This document shows, in pieces, positions 1-7,938 of a stretch of 64,000 nt of DNA; the stretch's first letter is position 1; the number at the start of each line of letters is the position of its first letter. Origin of the DNA: an uncultured delta proteobacterium (GTDB lineage: Bacteria; Myxococcota_A; UBA9160; UBA4427); contig CAWGJT010000015.1 in assembly GCA_963822965.1 (NCBI GenBank), positions 32,001-96,000 on the forward strand, read 5' to 3'. Both the position numbers and the translations under genes were made by a program. The notes below the pieces were generated by a model that saw only the letters and a program-made list of their open reading frames with translations, had not been told where the DNA came from and did no database searches.

Positions 1-340
1 AGATGCCGCGCTTGAGGCCGACGCCGAGCTCGGCGCGGATCGTCGCGAACACCCGGTCCAGGTCCTCGACGGCCGCGTTGTCCCAGCGCAGGCCCTCGAG
101 CAGCATGTCGGCGATGGCCAGGTCGCTCTCCTCGCACAGGTGCCGGGCCGCGACGGCGTCTCGGCCGGCCAGCTTCTCGATCACCTCGGAGGCCAGCGCG
201 CGCGACTTCTCCTCCAGGCCGCGCAGCTTCCACCAGCGCTCGGCGAAGATGGAAAGGGTCCAGATCGAGCCGATCGCGAGCGGCACGTTCGAGAGCCAGC
301 CCATGATGAGCAGATCGATCAGATGAGCAGCGTCGAACAT
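1..340 (-). CDS. MotA/TolQ/ExbB proton-channel family protein (3' end outside window)
   Basis: Not in the ORF track because it has no stop in the window. Manual translation from ATG 340: MFDAAHLIDLLIMGWLSNVPLAIGSIWTLSIFAERWWKLR...RAELGVGLKRGI. An N-terminal TM helix ending in ER followed by a cytoplasmic helical region is typical of TolQ/ExbB. Divergent from a TonB-like gene. Confidence 0.8.
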   Translation of the reverse strand, partial: MFDAAHLIDLLIMGWLSNVPLAIGSIWTLSIFAERWWKLRGLEEKSRALASEVIEKLAGRDAVAARHLCEESDLAIADMLLEGLRWDNAAVEDLDRVFATIRAELGVGLKRGI

Positions 341-556
341 CCGTGAGCCTCTCTGTGCAAGTCTTGGCGAAGTCGTCGCAAGCGTCCGTCGAAGCGTCCA
401 GGCACGAAGCATGAAAAGAGCAAAGAGCAAAAGAGCAGAAGAAGACGAGCGCCCGACTCGAACGCACGGCCTTCGCGGGGGAGCCCGAGATTACCCGAGC
501 CCCGGATCGCTCGCAGCAACGCGCGCAAGTGCCGGGAACGACGCACGATCGCCGGT

Positions 557-586
557 TTGACACCGGACGGGCGCCCTGGGTAGGAT
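557..586 (+). promoter_or_regulatory. Putative sigma-70 promoter for the tonB-like operon
   Basis: TTGACA(557-562)-N18-TAGGAT(581-586) in a very GC-rich background. Confidence 0.55.
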
Positions 587-776
587 CGAACGCCGCATGG
601 CGCCCCGCGGGCCCGCATCGACCGGAACCGGCTCCGGGAGATGAGCGTCCCACCGACCGGGGGAGGATCCACGAGTCCAGCGGGCCTCGCGGCTCCGGAG
701 GATCGGATCGCGAGCTCTCGAGCCGGTGCAGCAAGGCCCTGTCGAACCGAATCGAGCCGAACCCGAATCGAGCCGG

Positions 777-1913
777 ATGACCAACGCGCCCACCGCCAGC
801 CTGCCGCGCCTCAGCCACCGCCACCCCCGGCGGCGGCGCGTCGGGCTGTTGTCGAGCGGCCCGGTGGGCTCGTCCCTGGGCGACTTCGCCACCGCCGGGC
901 ACGCGCCGAACCTGGCGATGCCCGAGCCCGAGGACCGGCGCAGCGCCCTCATCGCGGGCTCGCTCACGACGCTCCTCCACGGCCTGGTGCTCGGCATCCT
1001 GGTGCTGCTGGCCTGGCTGGCGCCGCCGGTGGAGCAGCTGATCGAGGTGCGGATCATCCGCGAGCTGCCGGGCTCGGACGCCGAGCCGGCGCCCGCCCGC
1101 AAGATCATCCAGCCCCGGGCGAGGCCCACCCCCGTGCAGGCGGCGGCCCGGCGCGTGACGCCCCAGGCCGTCGCCCAGCCGCGCATGGTGAACGTGGCGC
1201 CCCAGCAGCTGAACCTGAACGCCCTGAAGCAGGCGGCGGCGCCCCAGGCCGTGCAGCGCCGGCAGGTGGTGAGCCAGCGCACCCAGGCGCGCTCCATCGA
1301 CCAGCGGCGCGTGGCCAGCGACCTCGACCTGAGCAAGCTGCGCGACGTGGCGGTGGTGCCGACGGACCTCGAGGCGCCGGTGGTGGACACCGACGGCCCG
1401 CGGCAGATCGATCCGGGCGCGGCCGTGCAGGCGCCCCAGAACTTCGCCGTCGTGCCGCCGGTGGACGACGTCGACTACGCGAGCGCGGCGCCGGTGGAGG
1501 TGGTCTCCGACCAGGACCTCTCGCCAGACACCGGCAGCTGGGACTTCGACACGGACGTGGGCGTCTACGCCGGCGGCGCGGGCACCGGCGGCACCGGCAC
1601 CGCGGTGGGCGTGGTGCGCTGCTTCGAGAGCGCCTTCGTGAACCGCTACCTCGACGTGGTGAAGCAGCGCACCGAGAAGCGCTGGCAGGTGCCCGCCGGC
1701 GTGCCCGACAACGCCCAGGTGAAGCTGCGCTTCGTGCTCGACTCCTCGGGTGCGGCCACCCAGGTGGAGTTCGTGGGCAAGACCGAGGCCACCCTGGGCA
1801 ACAGCGCGGTGGCCGCCCTGCGCGCCGCTTCGCCCTTCCCGCCGATGGACGACAACGTGCGCTGTCTGGCCGGCAAGAAGCTCTCCGGGACCTTCTCGGT
1901 CGAGAACCTGTAG
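777..1913 (+). CDS. TonB/TolA-like energy transducer with TonB C-terminal domain
   Basis: TM anchor with SLTTLLH (SHLS-like motif), Pro/Ala/Gln-rich linker, and C-terminal YLDVVKQR..W.VP...VKLRFVLD..G...SAVAALRAASPFPPM. Start codon uncertain. Confidence 0.8.
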   Translation: MTNAPTASLPRLSHRHPRRRRVGLLSSGPVGSSLGDFATAGHAPNLAMPEPEDRRSALIAGSLTTLLHGLVLGILVLLAWLAPPVEQLIEVRIIRELPGSDAEPAPARKIIQPRARPTPVQAAARRVTPQAVAQPRMVNVAPQQLNLNALKQAAAPQAVQRRQVVSQRTQARSIDQRRVASDLDLSKLRDVAVVPTDLEAPVVDTDGPRQIDPGAAVQAPQNFAVVPPVDDVDYASAAPVEVVSDQDLSPDTGSWDFDTDVGVYAGGAGTGGTGTAVGVVRCFESAFVNRYLDVVKQRTEKRWQVPAGVPDNAQVKLRFVLDSSGAATQVEFVGKTEATLGNSAVAALRAASPFPPMDDNVRCLAGKKLSGTFSVENL

Positions 1914-1924
1914 CCCTGCGCACC

Positions 1925-4900
1925 GTGCGGCCTCGCACCGGGAGAGCTTTCATCGCATCTCGACCTTCGTTCTCCGGCCTACAGGCGGCGCCCTCCGGCT
2001 GGCTGGCGGCGCCCTCTCGCCTGCTGGCGGCGCCCTCTCGCCTGCTGGCGGCGCCCTCTCGCCTGCTGGCGGCGCCCTCTCGCCTGCTGGCGGCGCCCTC
2101 GGGCCTGCTGGCGGCGCCCACGCTGGGCCTCGTCGCCGCGCTGCTCGTGGGGCTCGCGGGAGCGGCCGCCGCCCAGGTGCCGCGGCCGCCGAAGAAGTGC
2201 ATGGCGGTGGTGCTCTTCTACGGCGCCGACGAGCGCATCGTCCGCCGCGAGAACGACACCAACGGCGACTGCCAGTACGACGAGAAGATCTTCTTCGAGA
2301 GCGGCAAGGCCGTGCGCGCCGAGCGCGACAACGACCACGACGGCCGCACCGACGTGTGGGTCGCTCTGGGCGAGGACGGCAAGCCCGTACGCCAGGAGGT
2401 GGACACCACGGGCGACGGCAAGCCCGACCAGACGACGACCCTCGAGGCCGGCGTGCCCACCCTGCGCCAGGAGGACCGCAACGCCGACGGCACCCCCGAC
2501 GCCACCACCACCTTCGCGGCGGGTGCCCCGGTGAAGAAGGAAGAGGACACGAACCTCGACGGCAAGACCGATACCTGGACGAGCTACCGCGAGGGCCGGG
2601 TCGCCACCGTCGAGCAGGACCGCAACCACGACGGACGCGTGGACCTCGCCGCCGAGTTCGACGCCGCCGGCCGCAAGTCGCGCGAGCGCCAGGACGGCAA
2701 CGAGGACGGCAAGCTCAACGTCACGATCCTCTACGAGAACGGCGCGCGCGTGCGCGTCGAGGACGACACCAGCGGCAACGGCAAGCCCGACGTGGTGAGC
2801 CACTACCAGAACGACGTGATCGTCCGGCGCGAGGCCGACACCACGGGCGACGGCCGCTTCGACACCACCATCGCCTTCGAGAACGGCCACGAGAAGACCC
2901 GCACCTTCGACGAGGACGGGGACGGCAAGGCCGAGGTCACCGCCTTCCTGGGCGCCGACGGCGCCGTGGAGCGCGAGGTGATCGCCGGCAAGGAAGGCGG
3001 CGGTCCCATCACCCGCAGCTACGTGGGGGGCAAGCGCGCCCGCGAGGAAGAGGACCGCAACGGCGACGGCCAGGTGGACCTCATCTCCACGTTCCACGAC
3101 GGCGTGCTGGTGCGGCAGGAGGCCGACAGCACCGGCGACGGCCGCTACGACACCACCATCGAGTTCCGCGACGGCAAGAAGGCCAAGCAGGAGGAGGACC
3201 GCAACGGCGACGGCAAGGTGGACGCCGTCTACGCCTTCGACGCCCAGGAGCGGCCGGCCAGCGAGCGGCTCGACACCCAGAACGACGGCAACTTCGACAC
3301 CGTCGTCACCTACGAGGAAGGGGTGATGCGCCGCCGCACCGTGGACTCGAAGGGCCGCGGCACGCCGGACCGCACCGAGATCTACGAGAGCCGCGACGGC
3401 AAGGCGGTGCTGGCGCGCGTCGAGATCGACGAGGACGGCGACGGCCGGGTGGACCTTTGGAACCGCTACGACGCCGGCGGCAAGCTCGTGCGCCAGGAGA
3501 AGGACACCAACGGCAGCGGCCGGGCGGACTCGTTCGTCTCGTTCGGCGCGGAGGGCAGCGTCGTCGCCAAGATCGAGAACGACACCACCGGCGACGGCAA
3601 GGTGGACACCTGGCGCAGCAACGACGCAGCCGGGGTGACGACGAAGCTCGAAGAGGACAAGAACGCCGACGGCAAGCCCGACCGCTTCATCGCCTTCGAA
3701 GCGGGCAAGCCCGCCACCTTCGAGGAGGACGAGGACTTCGACGGCCGCATCGACCATCGCGGGCGCTTCGGCCCCGGCGGCGAGGTGGTGGAGGCCTCGG
3801 TGGACACCACCGGCGACGGTAAGCTCGACCTGCACACCACCTTCGCGCCCGGGCCCCAGGGCCCCCAGAAGGTGCTGGAGGAGAAGGACACCCGAGCCGA
3901 CGGCAACTTCGACCAGAAGAGCCACTTCGAGGGCGGCCAGCTCGTGCGGCAGGAGCTCGACACCACCGGCGACGGCAGGATCGACGCGGTGCTCACCTTC
4001 GAGAACGGCAAGCAGGTGAAGCAGGAGCGCGACAACAACGCGGACGGCACCTTCGACCAGGTGACCTTCTACGACGCCGGCGAGCAGCCCACCCGCGAGG
4101 AGTTCGACACGAACGACGACGGCAAGATCGACCAGGTGAAGCGCTACGAGCAGGGCACGCTCGCGCGCGAGGAGGCCGACCAGGACTACGACGGCCGCTT
4201 CGAGCTCACCACCTTCTTCACCGGGGGCCAGGTCGTGCGCACCGAGGTGGACCGCACCGGCAACGGCCAGGCGGACGCGGTCGTCGAGTACCAGGAGGGC
4301 CGCAAGCGCCGGCAGACCGAGGACCGCAACGGCGACGGCGGCGTCGACGTCGTCACCCTCTTCGGACCCGACGAGCAGGTGGTCGAGGTGGACGAGGACA
4401 CGGACGGCGACGCCCGCTTCGACCAGAAGAGCTTCTTCGAGAAGGGCCAGCTCGCGCGCATCGAGAAGGACAAGACGGGCGACGGCGTACCGGAGGTGGT
4501 GGCCTACTACGAAGGCGGCAAGCTGCGGCGCCAGACCGAGGACACCACCGGCGACGGCCAGATGGACCTGGTGGTGGACGTGGACGCGAAGGGCCTGCGC
4601 GTGCAGGAGAGCGACAGCAACGGCGACGGCAAGCCGGACGTCTGGACCACCGCCGACGCCAAGGGCCAGGTGGTGAAGCGCGAGGAGGACCGCAACGGCG
4701 ACGGCAAGCCGGACTTCACGGTCACCTTCGCGGGGGGCGTCGCCACCCGCGTGGACGAGTCCACCCGGGGCGACGGCTGCACCGACCTGCGCCGCTGGCT
4801 CGACAAGGCGGGCAACGTCACCGCCGAGGAGAAGGACGCCAGCGGCAACTGCCAGTACGACACCTGGAACTACTACGAGGACGGCCGCCTCGTGCGCCAG

Positions 4901-5410
4901 GGCCAGGCGACCACCGGCTCCGGCCGGGCCGACGTGCTGAGCCATTTCGACGCAAAGGGCCGACTCACCGTGCAGGAGCTCGTCACCGTGCCCGGGGCGA
5001 AGACCCCCGACAAGAAGCTCTTCCTCGGTCCCGACGGTCAGGTGGTGAAGCACTGCGCGGACGGGGACGGCGACGGCCGCCTCGAGATGATCCTCGACTT
5101 CGACGGCGACACGCTGAAGAGCGCCCTCGTGGACACGGACGGCAACGGCCGGGCCAACGAGCGAGAGATCTACCAGAACGGCGAACGGGCCCGCATCGAG
5201 ACGGACACGAACGGCGACGGGCGGCCCGACGTCATCATGTACATGAAGGGCGACGAGGTAGCCCGGCAGGACGAGGACACGGACTTCGACGGCAAGATCG
5301 ACCGGCGCTTCGACGGGGACGCGCCCGGCAAGCTCGACGGACGGCCCGCGGCGCCCCCCGAGCTACCGAAGCTCGGCTGCGGCACCTTCCACTCGTTCTG
5401 GAAGCGCTGA
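1925..5410 (+). CDS. Giant secreted Asp/Gly-rich repeat protein (about 40 repeats of about 25 aa with Dx[NDT]xDGxxD loops)
   Basis: Real part of ORF 641..5410; in-frame GTG at 1925, just after the tonB stop. Signal peptide ends LVAALLVGLAGAAAA-Q, then repeats such as RQEEDRNGDGKVDAVYAF. Confidence 0.8.
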   Translation: MRPRTGRAFIASRPSFSGLQAAPSGWLAAPSRLLAAPSRLLAAPSRLLAAPSRLLAAPSGLLAAPTLGLVAALLVGLAGAAAAQVPRPPKKCMAVVLFYGADERIVRRENDTNGDCQYDEKIFFESGKAVRAERDNDHDGRTDVWVALGEDGKPVRQEVDTTGDGKPDQTTTLEAGVPTLRQEDRNADGTPDATTTFAAGAPVKKEEDTNLDGKTDTWTSYREGRVATVEQDRNHDGRVDLAAEFDAAGRKSRERQDGNEDGKLNVTILYENGARVRVEDDTSGNGKPDVVSHYQNDVIVRREADTTGDGRFDTTIAFENGHEKTRTFDEDGDGKAEVTAFLGADGAVEREVIAGKEGGGPITRSYVGGKRAREEEDRNGDGQVDLISTFHDGVLVRQEADSTGDGRYDTTIEFRDGKKAKQEEDRNGDGKVDAVYAFDAQERPASERLDTQNDGNFDTVVTYEEGVMRRRTVDSKGRGTPDRTEIYESRDGKAVLARVEIDEDGDGRVDLWNRYDAGGKLVRQEKDTNGSGRADSFVSFGAEGSVVAKIENDTTGDGKVDTWRSNDAAGVTTKLEEDKNADGKPDRFIAFEAGKPATFEEDEDFDGRIDHRGRFGPGGEVVEASVDTTGDGKLDLHTTFAPGPQGPQKVLEEKDTRADGNFDQKSHFEGGQLVRQELDTTGDGRIDAVLTFENGKQVKQERDNNADGTFDQVTFYDAGEQPTREEFDTNDDGKIDQVKRYEQGTLAREEADQDYDGRFELTTFFTGGQVVRTEVDRTGNGQADAVVEYQEGRKRRQTEDRNGDGGVDVVTLFGPDEQVVEVDEDTDGDARFDQKSFFEKGQLARIEKDKTGDGVPEVVAYYEGGKLRRQTEDTTGDGQMDLVVDVDAKGLRVQESDSNGDGKPDVWTTADAKGQVVKREEDRNGDGKPDFTVTFAGGVATRVDESTRGDGCTDLRRWLDKAGNVTAEEKDASGNCQYDTWNYYEDGRLVRQGQATTGSGRADVLSHFDAKGRLTVQELVTVPGAKTPDKKLFLGPDGQVVKHCADGDGDGRLEMILDFDGDTLKSALVDTDGNGRANEREIYQNGERARIETDTNGDGRPDVIMYMKGDEVARQDEDTDFDGKIDRRFDGDAPGKLDGRPAAPPELPKLGCGTFHSFWKR
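1982..2119 (+). repeat. 21-bp coding tandem repeat CTGGCGGCGCCCTCTCGCCTG (LAAPSRL)
   Basis: 4 perfect copies at 2003-2086 plus 3 degenerate flanking copies. Confidence 0.95.
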
Positions 5411-5423
5411 TCCGGCCGGCCCC

Positions 5424-5471
5424 CGGACGATTGAACGAGTGGACGAGTGGACGAGTGGACGAGTGAACGAG
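5424..5471 (+). repeat. 8-bp intergenic tandem repeat TGRACGAG, about 6 copies
   Basis: cggacgat tgaacgag tggacgag x3 tgaacgag, immediately followed by the SD AAAGGAG of pgi. Confidence 0.9.
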
Positions 5472-5485
5472 AAAGGAGCCAGACC

Positions 5486-7186
5486 ATGTCGCTGCGAACC
5501 GCGCTCGGAGGCTACGAGAAGGACGTCGAGGAGGCCCTCGGCGACTGGCGCCGGGACGACCGGGTCCGCCGGCTGTGGGCCGCGGACGCGAGCGTGTGGA
5601 CGAACGCCGACGAGGCGCGCTGGCTGGGCTGGCTCGGCATGCCCGCCCGGGGCGGCGCCCTCGACGCCGATCTCGTCGCCCGGCTGCGGGCGCACGTCGA
5701 GAAGGAATCCATCGCCCACGTGGCGGTGCTGGGCATGGGGGGCTCGAGCCTGTGCCCCGACGTGCTGTCGCGCACCTTCGGCGGGGCGACGCGCGCACGC
5801 GGGCTGCCAGAGCTGCACGTCTTCGACAGCACCGTCCCGGCCTTCATCCGCAGCGCCGTCGCGCGTCTCGACGTGGCGCGCACGCTCTTCGTCGTGTCGT
5901 CGAAGTCGGGCAGCACCATCGAGCCCAACACGCTCTTTGCCTGGCTCCACAACGCGGTGGCGAGCGAGCTCGGCGCCGACCGGGCGGCGGGCCGCTTCGT
6001 GGCCGTCACCGACCCGGGCAGCTCCCTCGAGCGCGTGGCGAAGGAGAAGGGCTTCGCAGGCGTCGCCCACGGCATCCCCGAGATCGGCGGTCGCTTCTCG
6101 GCGCTCTCGCCCTTCGGCCTGCTGCCCGGTGCGCTGATGGGGCTCGACACGGACGACTTCCTGGCCCGGGCGCGCGCCATGGCCGCCGCCTGCGGCCCCG
6201 ACGTGGTGCCCGCCGACAACCCGGGCGTGCGCCTCGGCATCGCCATGGGAGTGCTGGCCGGGCGCGGGCGCGACAAGCTCACCTGCGTGATCTCGCCGGG
6301 CATCGCGAGCCTCGGTGCCTGGCTCGAGCAGCTCATCGCCGAGTCCACGGGCAAGCACGGCCACGGCATCGTGCCGGTGGGCGACGAGCCCGTGGCGGCC
6401 CCGGACCGCTACGGCCACGACCGCCTCTTCGCCTACGTACGCCTGGCCAGCGCGCCCTCACCCGAGCAGGACGCCGCCGTCGACGCCCTCGAAGCGGCCG
6501 GGCATCCGGTGGTGCGCATGGAGATGGAAGACGCCCGGGACCTGGGCGCCGAGTTCTTCCGCTGGGAGATCGCCGTCGCCGTGGCCGGCGCGGTGCTCGG
6601 CATCAACCCCTTCGACCAGCCCGACGTCGAAGCCGCCAAGGTGGCGGCGCGGGATCTGATGAGCGCCTACGAGAAGGAAGGCGCCCTCCCCCGCCAGGAG
6701 CCGGTGCTCGAGCAGGACGGCGTCACGCTCTTCAGCGACGCGGAGGTGGCCCCCGCGGCGCGCCGTTCGAAGAGCCTGCGCGAGGCCCTCGCCGCGCACC
6801 TGGGGCGCCTCGGTCCGGGCGACTACTTCGCCATCAACGCCTACCTCGACAGCAGCGACGCCAACGAGGTCGACCTGCAGGCCGTGCGCCTGGGCGTGCG
6901 CGAGCAGCACCGGGTGGCGACGACCCTCGGCTATGGGCCGCGCTACCTGCACTCGACGGGACAGCTCCACAAGGGCGGGCCGAACAGCGGCGTCTTCCTG
7001 CAGCTCACGGCCGCCGACGCCGACCCGCTGCCGATCCCCGGCGAGCAGTACTCCTTCGGTGTGCTGGCCCATGCCCAGGCCCAGGGCGACTTCCAGGTGC
7101 TGGTGGCGCGCAGACGGCGGGCGCTCTGGCTGCACCTGTCCGATCCTCGGGTCGGCCTGGCGCGCCTGCGCGAGTGGCTCGCCTGA
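5486..7186 (+). CDS. pgi: Glucose-6-phosphate isomerase (Pgi half of the bifunctional Tal/Pgi type)
   Basis: Motifs GMGGSSL, SSKSGSTIE, VTDPGS, GGRFSALS, EQLIAESTGK, INPFDQPDVE, PRYLHSTGQLHKGG. SD AAAGGAG before ATG 5486. Confidence 0.88.
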   Translation: MSLRTALGGYEKDVEEALGDWRRDDRVRRLWAADASVWTNADEARWLGWLGMPARGGALDADLVARLRAHVEKESIAHVAVLGMGGSSLCPDVLSRTFGGATRARGLPELHVFDSTVPAFIRSAVARLDVARTLFVVSSKSGSTIEPNTLFAWLHNAVASELGADRAAGRFVAVTDPGSSLERVAKEKGFAGVAHGIPEIGGRFSALSPFGLLPGALMGLDTDDFLARARAMAAACGPDVVPADNPGVRLGIAMGVLAGRGRDKLTCVISPGIASLGAWLEQLIAESTGKHGHGIVPVGDEPVAAPDRYGHDRLFAYVRLASAPSPEQDAAVDALEAAGHPVVRMEMEDARDLGAEFFRWEIAVAVAGAVLGINPFDQPDVEAAKVAARDLMSAYEKEGALPRQEPVLEQDGVTLFSDAEVAPAARRSKSLREALAAHLGRLGPGDYFAINAYLDSSDANEVDLQAVRLGVREQHRVATTLGYGPRYLHSTGQLHKGGPNSGVFLQLTAADADPLPIPGEQYSFGVLAHAQAQGDFQVLVARRRRALWLHLSDPRVGLARLREWLA

Positions 7187-7237
7187 GGCAGCCGACCCCG
7201 AGTCGAGCTCGAGACGAGCAGGAGGCAGGAGAAGGGC

Positions 7238-7924
7238 GTGGGAGCGGAAGCAGCCATCAGCGCGGGAACCGCCGCCGCCCTCGAGCACGTCCGCGAAGGA
7301 CACACCCTGGGGCTCGGCACGGGCCGGGCCGCCGAGGCCTTCGTGCGCGGCCTGGCCACCCGGGTGCAAGCGGGCCTCGTGGTGCGCGGCGTCCCCACCT
7401 CCCTGCGCACGGCGTCCCTGGCCCACGATCTGGGCATCCCGCTCCTCACCCTCGAGGAGGCCGACACCCTGGACGTCACCTTCGACGGCGCCGACGAGTT
7501 CGACCCGAACCTCGACGTCATCAAGGGCTACGGCGGGGCGCTCGTGCGCGAGAAGATCGTGGCCGCCTCGTCGCGCAAGCTGGTGATCCTGGTGGGGCCC
7601 GAGAAGCGCGTGCCGGTGCTGGGCTCGCGCGGCAAGCTGCCCGTGGAGGTGGTGCCCTTCGGCGAGCCCCTGTGCCGCCGGCGCCTGCACGCCCTGGGCT
7701 GCGAGCCGGCCCGCCGCACCCGGGACGACGGCCAGGCCTACGTGACCGACAACGGCAACCACGTGCTCGATTGCAAGATCGCCCCCATCGACGACCCGGC
7801 AGCCCTGGAGCGCGAGATCCTCTCGATCCCGGGCGTCGTGGGCAGCGGGCTCTTCCTCGGCATGGCCGATCTCGTGATCGTGGGAGACGGCGCCAACGCG
7901 GAGGTGCTCAGCCGCCGCAGCTGA
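7238..7924 (+). CDS. rpiA: Ribose-5-phosphate isomerase A
   Basis: Motifs LGLGTG, DGADE, IKGYGGALVREKIVA, LPVEV, TDNGN. Confidence 0.95.
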   Translation: MGAEAAISAGTAAALEHVREGHTLGLGTGRAAEAFVRGLATRVQAGLVVRGVPTSLRTASLAHDLGIPLLTLEEADTLDVTFDGADEFDPNLDVIKGYGGALVREKIVAASSRKLVILVGPEKRVPVLGSRGKLPVEVVPFGEPLCRRRLHALGCEPARRTRDDGQAYVTDNGNHVLDCKIAPIDDPAALEREILSIPGVVGSGLFLGMADLVIVGDGANAEVLSRRS

Positions 7925-7938
7925 CGCGAGCCGGGCCT

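Noticed and set aside
413..450. A/G-rich CAAAGAG-like short repeats upstream of exbB
   Set aside because: Irregular period and few copies; too weak to list as an array.
641..1924. N-terminal 428 codons of ORF 641..5410
   Set aside because: Arg/Gly/Ala-rich off-frame read-through overlapping the tonB-like gene; the real protein begins near 1925.
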